Source: Lama guanicoe
Lineage: Eukaryota
Direction: 5' to 3'
Length of the DNA stretch: 64,000 nt
NCBI GenBank assembly: GCA_013239625.1
Contig: MU053561.1
Location: 3,736,283 to 3,800,282, forward strand
Position numbers and translations under genes: made by a program. Below, piece after piece: positions 49,475 to 63,024 of this stretch. The stretch's first letter is position 1. Each line of letters starts with the position of its first letter. Under the pieces are notes generated by a model, which had not been told where the DNA came from, ran no database searches, and saw nothing but the letters and a program-made list of their open reading frames with translations.

Positions 49475-49919
49475 CTGGATAAAGATGATGTGGTATATTT
49501 ATACAATGGAATACTACTCAGCCATAAAAACCAACAACATAATGCCATTTGCAGCAACATGGATGCTCCTAGGGAATGTCATTCTAAGTGAAGTAAGCCA
49601 GAAAGAGAAAGAAAAATTCCATATGAGATCGCTCATATGTGGAATCTAAAGACTCATGGACAGAGAATACAGACTTGTGGTTACCAGGGGGGTACAGGGT
49701 GGGAAGGGATAGACTGGGATTCCAAAATTGTAGAATAGATAAACAAGATTACACTGTATAGCACAGGGAAATATACACAAAATGTTATGATAAATCACAG
49801 AGAAAAAAATGTGACAATGAGTGTGTATGTGTCCATGAATGACTGAAAAATTGTGCTGAACACTGGAATTTGACACAACATTGTAAAATGATTATAAATC
49901 AATAAAAAATGTTAAAAAA
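49475..49919 (+). mobile_element. 5'-truncated young LINE-1 (ORF2 C-terminus, 3' UTR, A-tail)
   Basis: Encodes WIKMMWYIYTMEYYSAIK...MPFAATWM...ILSEVSQKEKEK...LICGI*, the L1 ORF2 end; AATAAA at 49901; perfect TSD aaaagtgtcacagactctc at 49456-49474 and 49920-49938. Confidence 0.95.
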
Positions 49920-52900
49920 AAAAGTGTCACAGACTCTCTCTTTACCCGCACTTTATTAGAAGCAAAGTGGGGAGCAGTGGACTTGAAGAGAATCTTCCCC
50001 TAAAGTCATGTTCACTCACATAAAATATTCCTGACTGCCACTTAAAAGGAAAACACAGTGTTCAGAAAATCATACGAGGGAAATAATACGTTATGGTAAT
50101 GACAGTGGTAAATATAAGCTAATCTTCTCGAGAAAGGAAATTATAAAAACATCAATGGCTTTGCCTAGAGCTATTAAGTAACTAAGTGAGCTCTGGTTTG
50201 GACGGTAGAAAGCTACCCTGCAAGGGGTACAGAGACACACACTAAATTTAAAGAGCCATTCCACTCCTTGTGCAGCGGACATTTTTCCAAGGGAAAGAAG
50301 CTTCCAGTGCAATTGTGTTTACACTTACTGTGTACATCACTTGGAATATTTGATTTTCATCAATACATACAATTCTAAAGGGTTTACTCCATGCGTTATT
50401 TTTTATTGTTTTGAAGCTAACATTTTTCTCAAGGTACCCATTTTTAATAAATGGCCCTCAAGGGAAAGATGACAATTTAGATAATTTTGCTCAGAGTCAA
50501 CTTTTCTTCTACAGAGAAGTGATGAGCACAGGTTCTGAAGTCAAGATTGTCACTGTTCAAATCGTGGCTCTGCCACTTACCAGCTGTGTAACCTCAGATC
50601 AAATTACTTAACCTTTCTGTGCCTGTTTCCCTAACTGTAACAACAGAATTGTGTTTTCCTCACCTTACAGGCTCACGGTTGGTTAGATGAGATCATTCTC
50701 AATCATTCAGACTAGGGCCTAGCACATGGTATGCACTCACACCCGGCAGGCATTGTTATTACTCAGTAATGTCAAATTCCTTCAGTTAAAAAGAATAGCT
50801 TCATAAGGCTTGTGACTTATGTATCATTTTCATTAAACTTACGTACATTTTTTTTGGTCCGTGTGAGTCTACCTTCAATGACTACCCTTAGCTCTAGCTA
50901 ACTAATTTATTGATTTCCATTCTGTTCCTTGCAGGCACTTCTTTTACTGTTTCCAGGCTGAAAGTGAGTATCAGAGAAAACTGTGTGTTTTACTGAGCTT
51001 ATTTTGGAAGACCTCGGGGTTGTGAGGGAGGATGGGAAGAAGTATTTTGCTGAACTTGTGGTCTACAAACCATAACACATCATCCAGGCCACTGATGTAA
51101 GGATCAGAGAGATTGTGGCATTTGCAACAAACCCAGTGATTCTTTCATTACAACGAGGCTCTTATAAAATGAGCGGTTCCGGGCCACTATTCACAAGGAA
51201 AGAAAATGCCAACCTCATTTTAACTGTCTTGCCAATGACTTCCACTCACCTTCCCAGAGTAACTGCTCTAAGTGCCAGTCATTAATTACCTCTGAAACAC
51301 TCCCAGCAGCTGGGTAGAGATTTCTGAAAAATTGAACAGTTCATGTGTCTGGGCTTAGAACGTATATTTGTTTTCAAGTGACCCCCTTGTCCTCTGCCAG
51401 ATTTTTAAAATAGATTTCACAAGTACTGCCTTCTTTGTAAGTCCCCATGGTGCCAGATCCAGTGACTGCTGTCCTGTAAGTGGGATTCAGAAGGACTCTG
51501 ACCGAGACAGAACACGGAAAAGCATGCATGCACCTTCTCATCAGGCTTCAGGCCAGACCAAAGCCACTACTAGAAACATGGTCCAGCCCCACATCCACCT
51601 CATCCTGTCATGTCCACCTTCTGGAAAACAGCATAGCACAATGCCCAAATCACATGCCCATACACAGCTGGACCCCTAACCACAGGTGGTTCACTTTACA
51701 GAGAGAGAAGGGCCATGATCACCTAATGGCTCACAGTTCATCAAGTGCTTCTTATATGTTAGGAAATGTTGTAAGTCATTTGCATGTAATCTCTCACATA
51801 ATCTTCAGCACAAGCCTGGTAACAAAGCTAAAATGTTAATTTCGTGTCACGGTTAAGAAAACCAAGGACACACACACCTGGGAAGTGCTGGGGCCAGGCC
51901 TTGAGCTCTGAGAGTCTAATTCCAGAACCTGTGCTCTTAACTATGGAAAATACATAGCAATGTAGCAATTACCAGAATTGCTTACTTACAGAGAGGAGGG
52001 TAGACAACAATCATAAATTGTCCCAAACCACACATCACCCACAACGAATTCTGCAGTTCCCACTCCTTCTCACAGGTTCGGTGTCCCAAGCATTGTGGGG
52101 AGACTACAAGAAACAAAATGAATCTGAAATCGTTCGAGGTCCTAAGAAGCCCACAGCCCAGTGGAAACTGCCTCTGAAAATGCAGTGTGTCAACTGCCCA
52201 CGTAACCCAATGCAGCAAAGGCTGGGATAACAGATAGGCCCTAAATTTGTGTGTGTGTATTAGGGAGATAGAGGTGAGAATGCCTTCCTTACTCTATACC
52301 TGTTAATTATCCAATAGACCAGGGTGACATGTCATTGCTGCTTGATAAGGAAACTTTCCTTTCAGGTTTCATCCTTTTGATCAAACACACAAGACAATAA
52401 AAATGTACTGCCTGACAAGCCATCCTTACAAACACGCCATTCTCAACATTCTCCCATTTTACTTACAAATTAAGTTGCAACCGAGTCCCACCGCCAACAC
52501 TGCAACAGTGAACATTTCAAACGAGCTGTTTCACTGATTGTACTGAGAGACACCAAAGTCTGGGAGTGCTAAATGCTCGTGGATAGGTGAAGAGTGTTAT
52601 TTCTTTGAACTGTAGAATAAACAGTTTCCTCCCACAAATCAAAGCCCCAACGATATCACATTGATTTAATTCAACTCTAAAAACTCTAATTAGTGATTAC
52701 ATAAAATGACTAATTACATCTCCCCGGATTCAGACAGTTTCTGCCACCTCACTTGAAGAGCCTAGGAGCCGTGTAATCAAACTATCCACCCACTGGAAGA
52801 ATGCTCATTAGTACTGTTCATTGGTGACACAGGTTATATTTTCCATCAACCCTGCAAAACTTCTGAACACACTAGTGAAAATGCTGGATTCTTTACAGCT

Positions 52901-54041
52901 TGCTAGCTTTTGGAGTATGTGGCTAAAAATACTTGCATTTCCAACCAAAGCCCCCCAAAGGGGGTTTAACAAAATGCACGTGCCAGACACACAACCATCA
53001 CAACAAAGCGCTCCAACATCTATTAACGACCAGCTAAACGAGCTCACACCACCTTGGCCGGGTGCGCGTTATACCTGGTTTGAAGAGTGGAAAATGAGCA
53101 CAGATTTCTGGGCTGCAAGTCTTACCAGCTCATCTCCTGGCCGCCAGGCCACGGCTCCGCCCCACTCCTGCCTCCGCCACGCCAACGACGCGTTTAAATT
53201 TTTATAAAGCTTCACACTTCTCTGAGCTACGTTAGCTTGGGGCAGTTGAAAGATTGCAGGAGGAAATGAGGTCCTGCCGGTGGCGAAGGCTGCCCCGGTG
53301 CGGTGAGATTGCCTCCAACCGGACACCTCGGGCAGACTTGCCGGACGCCTCCTGCTCCACCCCGGCGTTTTTGAAAGTAAACTCCTACCTGCCTGTTGCG
53401 CTCTCCGATGCGCAACCGGACTCGCCCCCCGGCCTCCAGGGCCGGCTCGTTCTGTAAGCGGGGTGGGAACACAGGCCAGCTCTGTGCGGGTTTCTGGCCC
53501 AGGGCCGGCCGGGCCCCCGGGCGCAGGCGGTTCCCGGGGCGAGCCCCGCGGCGGGGTGGGAACCCCGGAGCGCGTCCGGCTCCCGGGAAGCGCAGGGCGG
53601 CCCGGCCCCCGCCCCGTACGGCCGGTACCGCGGTCTGGGTGCCCGCAGGAACGGTCGGCCACTCCCTGCCGGCCGGGACGCGCACCCCAAAGTGCAGCCA
53701 GGGGAGAAGGGGGCGTCCGAGGCGTGGGGAGGGAATGCGCAGACCGAGGAAGTGGTGTGAGCTGGGAGCGTGGCGCCGGGGCGGGAGGGGAGCACCTCGC
53801 GGGGATGGGAAAGGAGTGGGGTCCCGGGAAGCACGACTCGGGGTGCGGTCCGTGGGAGGGGAGGGAGCCCCGAGCCAGAAGCGGAAGGAGGGCGGTGAAC
53901 CGGGGTCTGAGTCCGGGCAGGGGCGGCGAGAGGAGGGCGCAGGGGTCTCCCAGGGTGCGGGGTTCGGGTGGGGGCGTCTCCCGCAGGAGGTCCGCCCCCG
54001 CGCCCGCCGCCCCGCCGCGTGGGGCCTCAGACGGGACTCAC

Positions 54042-54190
54042 CTCCGCGCCGGCCGTGCGGGCTCCGCGGCCCGCGGTCTCGGCTCGCAGCGGCCCCGGCT
54101 CTGCGGCCTGCGCTGGGCTCCGATAGAAGCAGAGCCCCGCCGCCGCCGCCGCCGCCGCACTGCTGCTTTCCGCTTCCTGTCCCGGCGCCG
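54042..54190 (-). other. VANGL1: Probable non-coding exon 1 of VANGL1 (5' end approximate)
   Basis: Strong donor GAG|gtgagt at 54042/54041 inside the CpG island; exon 2 begins at an acceptor, so an upstream exon is required. Confidence 0.75.
54137..54157. repeat. (CCG)7 trinucleotide tract in the putative exon 1
   Basis: Read directly from the sequence. Confidence 0.9.
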
Positions 54191-57128
54191 CCCCGCAGCC
54201 CGAGCCCAGCCCAGCCTAGCGAGCCCGGCGCGGCCGCGAGCCAAGAGCTGCGAGCGCGGCCGGCCCCGCCGCGGGCCCGGCCCACCTGCAACGGAGGGCG
54301 GGGCCCGGCCGGCCTCTTTCCAGCCCCCAGGCACGTCTCACCCGGACACACGCACACGCACACGCACACGCACTCACGCCCGCGCGCAGACACACTGGTA
54401 CCCATACAGACCCCAGGAGGTGACAGCCCTCCAACACACACTCATTCACACATCACACATTGTCAGGAATTAACCCCAACCCAGCACCCGAACATACTTG
54501 CACCCTCAAACTCACATACTCATGCACACACACCAGCATGCACAAAATTCAAGTCCGTTTGCTCTCACTGGAGCCCCAACACACATATATTTGAACGGCC
54601 AAAGGACTAACCTCCTACCACACACACATACACACTCAAATACACATAGTCCAAAAATTAACCTACAAATATCCATATATACCCACACCTCAACCCACAT
54701 ACACACTCACACTTAAACTCACACGCAGTCCAGGAAATGACCCCACAAGTAACCAGACACACCCAGGCCCCCTGTAATCCCCCACAGCCAACCCTTTCCC
54801 CTCTTCCCCTAACAGAGGGGACACCACTTCCTAACCCCAGTCTACTAGAAACTGCCAGAAGAGCACACCACCCAAGGCTGCGGCCCTAGGTCCCAAACCT
54901 GATTCAACCAGGTCTGCTTCCGGCTAAATCTGTTTCCCTGCCTAAACAGCAGAGAGGATGATAAAGCCAGCCTTGCAGGATTGTGGTGAGGATTCCAGAA
55001 AGTGGCTGGTGCCCAATCGCACTGAACAGTTGCCGAGTATTTATATGAATATCTGCACTCTTCTTACTTAGTTGTCTCATGTGGTGGATAGGGTTAGGGA
55101 TCCATGTGCAGAGTCTGCAATCTGGCTGGGACCCAAAGTAGCTTACATGGCAGGGCTGTTCAGTGGAGGTGGTGTATAATGAGGTAATCTGGGCAGCTGG
55201 AGCCCAGCGGGGTGGGGGTGGGGGGCGCACCCACACTGAACTAGCCTTAGTCCAGGAATTTCAACCCTACAGCCCTCACTCTCCCCTCACCACCTCTTCC
55301 TCATCCTCCCTAGTCCCCATTCTCTCTCCCTTATATATTTATACTTCTTCAGAGGACATTATATGTCAATGTACGTGATCTTCACACAACCCATTCCGGC
55401 TGCCAGGCTTCACTGTTCACTCTTGGCAACCCCTCACCAACCTCTCACCTGTTTCCTGAGTGCGGCCAGCTTCCTGAGGTAAATTGTCAGTCCACCCGAA
55501 TCAATGCTCAGGTGCAGAAATACAGAGCTTTAGAAAAGCAGGTCTCTGTCATCTTTGAAGTTTAGACCCTTCAAAGTTACCACAGGCCAGGGAATTCTAA
55601 TTCTAGTTATGATACTCTCAAATAAACCCCCACGTGATCTACAGATTCTCAATGGATTTTCATGAAAAAAAGATTTTAATTCACTTTAGCTTATTCTGTC
55701 TAGCTACCTTACCATGTGGTGCTTTTGTTGGTAAGAGGGTTAGTGCAAAATAAACTCTGTTTGAAGAGAATAAGTTCACCAAATGCCATCTATTTTTTGT
55801 TTTTATCTGACAATCTCAGGTATTCAGGTTTAAAAGATAAGAGTTGGAAAACTTCTCAGAAACTGAATGATGGTCTATATAACCTGGCTCCCATTGTCTG
55901 TCACAAAGTGAGTCAGCCTTATTCTAGGGTTGGGTTAGCAGCCTATTCAGCTCTTGCCTAGACTCGAGTTCTCCAGCTTAGCCTTAATCAGTGCTGAAGG
56001 TAATATGAGGGGTTCCATTTACTACTCCTTGGTCTTACATACCCCTTTGTTCCCAACTCAGCTGGGGAAGGTGGGTACTAGGTACTGGGGGCTCTCAGGA
56101 CTACAGTGTGACGACATTACACAAATTCACGCAGGTATCCCTTCCTACTCATTCTCACAGTTTCTCCAAACCCTAGAATGCTATCCACTGAAATTCTTCC
56201 TGTCTTCCGAGATCCAACCCAAATGGCATCTCTTAGGCAAAGCCTTCCCCAGTTCTCCCAACCAGAAAACATTCTCTTCCCCTCACTGAGTTCTCTGAAT
56301 TTTTATGCTCACCTTCCACCTTGTATTGGTTATTGTATCTCTCTGCTCAGTGATGTGTAAATGCCACATCTTTACCTCTTTTCCATCACGTTATGCCATG
56401 TATTTCTCTCTTTTCTATCACAGATCTTTCCACATAGTAGTTATTTTGAAAAATACTTAGCAGATGACTAAATGACTATAAAATACCACTTGCCCTTGGG
56501 AAGTTGATTATCTAATCAGGGAGTAATCTGATTAACAAGTTATGACATGTGAACATAAAGACAGTTAACAACAAGAGAGAATATATAAAATGCTACATGC
56601 ACTATCAGTACACTTTTTAAGAAGTCACTTATCTAGCCTCAAAAATTCTGAATATGCCTCAAGACAGGAGTTAAGTGAGAAGGGTCTGTAATCAATAAAA
56701 TGGATTGCATAAAATTTATGCTTTAAAACAGATAGTCTTTATAAATAGGAGAATCTCTCATCCATCACTTAAGACATCGTTTACCCTTAGTTTAAAAACA
56801 TTTCTAATAAACTTCATCATCTGATTCCTAAGCCTACTGTAGATTAGAAACACATTAAAAGAGAGCAGGAGATGACCTCAGGAGACCCCGGGGACTGCAA
56901 AGGGGGGGTCATTGTGAAGACTGTTTAATTCCAAAACTCATGCCCTTTTCTTTACCCGTTACTCCTCTTAGCACACTACCACATCACAGAATTCTGATGA
57001 TCCCGGGTTATAAGGGCTAGATAGACATTCTGTAGATAGTACTCTATTTAAGAAGACAGGGAAGATGTTTAAAAAAAGTAGATTTCCATCCAAAGTGTTT
57101 GAAATGTTAAAAGTGCTGTTTTTTTAAA

Positions 57129-57533
57129 CCATACATGGTATCACTTATATGTGGAGTCTAAAAAAACAGGGGGGCACAAATGAACTTATTTACAAAACAC
57201 AGGCAGACTCACAGACATAGAAAACAAACTTATGGTTACCAGGGGAGAAAGGGGGTGGGAAGGGATATATTGGAAGTTCAAGTTTTGCAGATACTATTAT
57301 GTATAAAATAGGTAAACAAGGTCCTACCATATAGCACAGAGAACTATATTCAATACCTTATAATGGCCTATAATGAAAAGGAATATATATATATATGTAT
57401 GTGTGTGTGTATATACATATATATATGTATGAATATATATATACATATATATATATGAATCACTGTGCTGTACACCAGAAATTAACACATCATAAATCAA
57501 CTATAATTCAATTTTTAAAAAGAACGGAGAGGG
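57129..57533 (+). mobile_element. Older LINE-1 3' end with an internal (TA/TG)n tract
   Basis: L1 3' motifs (atggtatcacttatatgtgga, atagcacagagaactatattcaata, tgtgctgtacaccagaaa); degenerate TSD aagtgctg(t/a)tttttaaa at 57111-57128 and 57534-57550. Confidence 0.85.
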
Positions 57534-59637
57534 AAGTGCTGATTTTTAAAAGTCAATCTTCTGTAAAATCTATGTATGTGTAGTATCTGTTTATGTTTAA
57601 TAATGCCAGTGAGGAGGTGATAAAATATGGGTTATTAGTACCCAATGGGAGAGTCACATGGGCCTGAATGGTCAGGGTCAACTTGTCTTGAGGACAAGGA
57701 AAGAAAAGAAGGAAAAAAGGACAAAAAGAAGTGGAACTGGCTTATCTCAAGTGCTTAATATACATGAGTTGAATAAATGGGTAAATAGTCTTTCTGCTTG
57801 GAGTCTGGGCAGGGGTGTGCAGAGAACTGTGTCTGGAATATAATTAAGGGCAGTGAGCAGAGCAGCTAAGCTCAAGATAAGGGCTGGTGCTGAGACACAG
57901 GATTCAAAATTGAGTGTATAGGATTAGAAGATAGAGAACTTTGAATCCAACACTAGTGTCTGAACTTTTTGAAACAAGCTAGCAACATGATGAAGTATTC
58001 ATTCGTCCATCCATCCATCCATTCAAAACCACATGCTTAGTACCTAGGAAAGCCAAGCAATGTTTGGGGGATACAAAGCTAGACAATGTAAAATTGATCT
58101 CTGATTCAACAATTTAGTCAACAAATATTTACTGAGCCCTTACTATGTGCCAGTCACTAGTCCGGGCTCTGGGGATGCATCAAAATAGACAAAAACTGCC
58201 CTCATGGAGTTTATATTCTAGCCAGTTGATGATTTAACAAGTGCTCAGGAGAGAACAAAGCAGGACTGGAGACAGGGGGGAGGGCACCTCACTGTCCTGG
58301 AGGAGCCCAGCTGCTGGGGGAGGCTGCTGCTCAACAAGGCCTCCCAGTGGAAGAGGAGGGCACTGGGACTGGGGCCAGAGCAGCACAGTGAAAGGGGCCA
58401 GCTCCGCCTGCAGAAGCAGCGTGGCCTCACCTCGCCATGACCCTGGGAGCAGAACTTGAAGGATAAGGATTTGACAGATATAGAGGGAGGAAGCATTCAG
58501 GGCACAGGCACAGAAGTGTCACAGAGCCTGTCCAGGAAGCTGTACCTGAAGGCGGTGTGCAGCGCTGAGGAGCTGACGGAGAACAGGGGCGGGGGTGCGC
58601 AGGGGGCGGTGTGGAGCTGCAGGTCTGGAGGGATGAGGCACCGCTGGTGTCAGGAAGGACAGGAAGGAAGCATCTAAGTGGCAGGGCTCCCAGCGGCCTG
58701 CTGCAGGCAGTTTGGCTAGGGGAGAACATGGGGGAGGAAGTAGGGCTAGGATGGGTGGGAGACGGGTGGGCACGACCTGGAATAGAGGGGCAGGGTGGGA
58801 GCTCAGAGGGCTTTGTATGGTGAGCTAAGAAGTATGGGTTTTATCTGGTTGGCAATAGGGAGCCATTGAAGATTTTTACTGAGAGGAATAAGATGATCTG
58901 ACTTTACCGTGTGGAGAGTGGCTTCTTGAGGAAAGAGTGAAGTCAGAGAGACATAGGGTGTCCGAAGTGATGAAGGGGCCCGAGTTCCTGCAGCCTTTGC
59001 AGGTAAATTTCAATCACAAACGGGGAACCAGGAGGAAGAAGTTCAAGGAAAAAAGGCAAGTTCAGTTTTAGGCATGTGAGTGTCAGTACCTTTGGGAGGT
59101 ACAGGTGCAAACAACAATAGGTCAGGCTTATGGAGCATTTATCATATGCCAGCACAGTGCTAAAGATTTTACAGGTCTTATTCATCCCTCACTACAGCCC
59201 ATGTTTTGGGTATTGTATCATCTGCATTTTAGGAGAAGGAAACTCAGAACGGTTAAATAAGTTGCGGGCGATCACACAGCTGCTGATGGGTGGTGGCGGG
59301 GGGCAGGCTTTGACCCCAGATTGGCTGATCACAGACGTCCCCTCTTTAATCCATCAGCTATACTGCTCCTTGGCACTGTGGGTTTAGAACTCAGGAGGAG
59401 GGAGGCTACTGGCGATGAATTTCGGAGATGACATGCGGTTGACATTGCAATAGAGAAAAGAGCAAGCAAGAGAGGGTAGAGACACGCAGGCCATGTCTGG
59501 CAGAGAGATACGACAGGGACACTCAGAGATGACAGATGTCATTGTTGTTTTGTTTCCAGTGAGGAAACCCTTAAGCCTGTTTAAATACCAGGGAGAAAAA
59601 AAATTTTAATTTCAAAATTTAAGAAGGGAGGGATGGA

Positions 59638-59810
59638 GGGGAGGGTGTAACTCAGGGGTAGAGTGCGTGCTTAGCATGCACAAGGTCCTGAGCTCAATTC
59701 CCAGTATGTCTGTTAAAATAAATAAACCTATTACCTCCCCACCAAATAAATAAATAAATAAAATTGAACCTAATTACCTCTCTCCCCCCCAAAAAACAAA
59801 ACAAGAAGAA
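59638..59810 (+). mobile_element. tRNA-derived SINE, camelid Vic-1-like, with a duplicated tail segment
   Basis: Same tRNA-like head (taactcaggggtagagtgcgtgcttagcatgca...); tail unit aaacct(a)attacctc occurs twice; A-rich end. Confidence 0.85.
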
Positions 59811-61048
59811 AAGAGTACCTTGGGGGACAGGGCAAGGACCAGCCTTGTAAAGGTGCAGACAGAGGCGAGCAGACAGGTGAGCACTGGGGGTCAGGGGCAT
59901 CTCAGTATTCTCCATAGAGTAGAAACAAGAAGCACTGACAGGAGATGGAGTCAGGCCAGAGAAAGAGGTGTATCTGATGGCTTCTCCGGGGCCCCTTGAG
60001 AATATGATTGCCACTGGGATGGAAATCACAAAAATATACATTCTCCATTTTTTTTTTTTTGCAGACAATTTGATTGGACTTACAGAATCTGAAGGCCTCT
60101 AAGGGGTCCCAGACATAGTCATGTCTACAGTCTCCTCTGTGTCTAAGAAATATTATCTTTGATAACTTTGAGGTGAGAGTGGGATGTCCAGGTAGAAACT
60201 TGAAAAAGCAGAGGACAAAGTGGGACCTTCTATTAAATAGCTTCCTTGGGCTGTGGACAAGAAAGCAAGTGCACTCTGCATAAAGCTGCCGGGCTCACAG
60301 GGCCCTAAACGAGCAGCCCTGACCCATGGACCAAGTGTGCTAACCACCCTGCCCTCCGTGGGGCCAGGCACTGGCACCTGCCCTGCTCTGCAGACCTGGG
60401 CGGGCAGGCGAAGTGGCTCTTATTACCTGGGGAGGGGCTGGGAGTCTGTGCAACATCTGATAGAGCTCAGATTCCAGAAGCAGGATGTTGCCAAGGCTTC
60501 AGTCAACCCCTGCACTTCAGCAGCCTTGTTATCAGTGAAAAGGAGAGGAGCCAGGGGGCAGAGAGCCTGCAGAAGACACCAGTCAGTGCACATGGCCTTG
60601 GGGCTCCTAAGTGTTCCCGGGACGAACCCGCTTGCCTGGGCAGTGCAAGGGATTCCACTCAGGGCCAGTCGTGGGTGGGGATGAACTGGTTAATAATACC
60701 CTCTGGGGCTTGGAAGTTTCTTCTTTTCTGTTGTTTTTAATCTGGGGAGTCATCATCAGTAATTCATTACCTATTGATGAGAAACGCTTGAATAACACCC
60801 AGCATCCCGCGTTAAGCTAATTACTTGGACAAACACCAGGTGGCACTTTTCCCTAAGGGTGAACTGGCCTCTGGCACCGCTGGCCTGGGCCCAGACTCCC
60901 AGCTGTGGAGCAGACATAGGCACAAAGGAAGGCCTTGGCTTCTGGCCCACAGCCAGGTCAGCTCTCTCCCGGAGTCACAGACCGTCTGGGCGTTGTGGAA
61001 GGGGAGGGCCAAGTCTGGACATAGTGGGACAAACCATTACTCCATCTC

Positions 61049-61588
61049 TGTGATCAGATGTGTTAACATGCCTTTTTCTGTATTTCTGATGCTTTGACAT
61101 CTGGGGGCTTTGCTGCCCCCGGAGAGTCTGCCACCCTCAGAGATAGCTAATTCCTAGAGATAGTAAAGACTCACACGTGATGCTTTTCATATACAAAATG
61201 ACCAATTCAGGGCCTATACACATCCTCCCCTATCTGGCTCTCACACCCTTGACCACTAGCCACCTGCCCTAATCACCCCAGGGTCAGGTACCAAACAAGT
61301 GGAGACAGTCCCTCTACCCTAGAACCTGCTGAAATTATTCAAACTAGCAATTCTAAGCCTGCTTACCCCGCCTCACTTGTTCCTTCTCACAAGAAACAGC
61401 AATAAAGGCCCTCGCCTCTGTTTTCTTCCTATTCTTCTGACCTCCTGGCTGACGCTGGTGCTTCTCTGTGCAGCCCTGTGCAGTGGAGTGTGTCCCTCCT
61501 CTTGGGGACAGTCTTCTCCAAGGCCATTGTCTCCTGATCAGTTGGCCTTATCATACCTGGATAATAATAAAACCTACATTGAAAAACA
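61049..61588 (+). mobile_element. ERV1 solo LTR, MER39/MER34-like
   Basis: TG...CA ends; motifs ctttgacatctgggg, aattcctagagatagtaaa, ctgctgaaattattcaaactag, caataaagg. Confidence 0.7.
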
Positions 61589-61960
61589 AGGTATCTCTTG
61601 AAATGGTGCTCATTTGCGAACCATATAAATGACCCGGCGAAGCAAAGGAATTAATATTTATTGTGTTCTTTACTATGTGGCGGGCATCGTAGGAGTAATT
61701 TTTCATCTATTGTTTAATAGGATTTTCCCAGTAACAACCGAAGTTGATATTTGACAAAATTTTAAATAGTTCAGGTCTTTCCCAAGATCACAGAGGCTAA
61801 ACCATGGCCTCCTGGTTCCCACCCTGGCTCTCCCACTGCACGGGCCAGAGATAACTAAGACAGACTTCTAGCTCTTACTTTATTCCCTCTCCCCTTCCCT
61901 GATTAATGACCACTGCCCATCCTCTACCACCTTTCTTTCTTTCTACTTTTCCTTCTAGTC

Positions 61961-62978
61961 ATTTATTTGTTTATTTGTTTACTTGTTTATTTATTTGAAA
62001 CTGTTTATTTTCCATCAACCTGTTTCCGTTTGCAGGGTTTATGGAAGAACAACTGGAGATCTCTCTGTGGTTGTTCCCACCTGTTCAGTGGCCTGAGCAG
62101 TAGGGCTGCCGACCAGTCCTCTGGCGGGGTGAGCACCCCTGTCTTCAGCAGGGGCTGCTGCTCGCCTTCAGACCGGTCTGCGACCACGGGATTAACAGCA
62201 GTGAACTTGGGAGCTGGAGCCATCCATTCACCCTGAAATTCCAACTTGGTCACAGCCTTTTTGGCCGCAGCCTGCTTTTCCTTTCCAATCTCTTTAGGAT
62301 CTCTGTGGAAGCAGAGATCAGGCGCCACCTCCCATGGGTGTCCACGGGAGATGGTGCCGCGCATGCACAGAAATTCACAGGCCAGCATCCGCTATATTAG
62401 ACCCTCTGAGCGGGCTCCCTTGTTGCTTCACGGGATGGCAACGTCTGCACAGCGCAGAGGAGAGTCTGTGTTGCAGGGAGCCATGGTAGGCGGGTTGATG
62501 TAAGATGCCTCTGTGAGAGGCTGGTGGGCAGCCCTGGGATCAGTAACCACTGGGAGTCTTGTCTCCCGGGAAGCTGCCTAGGCTGGGTTAGAAAAGGTTC
62601 CAGGAATGGAGCACCCACAACAGGAGTGATGCCAGTGGTGGCAGCAACTTCTGCACAGCTCATTGGCCAGGTTCCTGGAGGGTATGGCACTGACATCATC
62701 TGGGTTTGCAATGACAACAGTGGCACGAGCTGCCAATGGGAGCTTCTCCCAACTTCTCTCCAGGCTTATGATACAGATGCCAGCATTTTCCTTTTGTGGA
62801 TGTACTGCCCCACTTGGAAGTCAAGGTTGCTGCCACCTAAGTGGGTTCTTGCTGCAAGGAATATGAGGACAGTCTTCTCCTTCACGTGCAGGACATCAAG
62901 GCTCTGGACATTGTAAAAGTTTCCTGTTAAGTTCTGATGAGGACGCAGAACAAAGCCTGTCTGGGTAGGACAGAAAGG
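61961..62978 (-). pseudogene. RPSA: Processed RPSA (40S ribosomal protein SA / uS2) pseudogene
   Basis: Intronless. Fragments such as [40 protein letters not shown] match RPSA. ATG at 62909-62911 with an early 1-nt frameshift; in-frame TAG at 62392-62394; pyrimidine-rich 5' end; AATAAA at 62004-62009; decayed A-tail at 61961-61997; degenerate TSD ctacttttccttct (61943-61956) / ctacctttcccttt (62981-62994). Confidence 0.93.
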
Positions 62979-63024
62979 CCCTACCTTTCCCTTTAAACAG
63001 AAAAATTTTCTTGGCAGTGGTATT

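Larger units (their letters stand above)
53100..54390 (-). promoter_or_regulatory. CpG-island promoter of VANGL1, with GC boxes and tandem ETS/GABP-type sites
   Basis: Very high GC and CpG density; GGGCGG/CCGCCC boxes; ACAGGAAGCGGAAA on the minus strand at about 54167-54180; no obvious TATA box. Confidence 0.88.

Noticed and set aside
53069..54610. Long ORFs of 404, 404, 336 and 197 aa on both strands
   Set aside because: Low-complexity Pro/Gly/Arg/Ala translations, expected because GC-rich CpG islands have few stop codons; no recognisable domain.
62005..62726. RPSA-like ORFs as a functional retrogene
   Set aside because: Early frameshift, in-frame TAG at 62392-62394, loss of the native stop and many substitutions.
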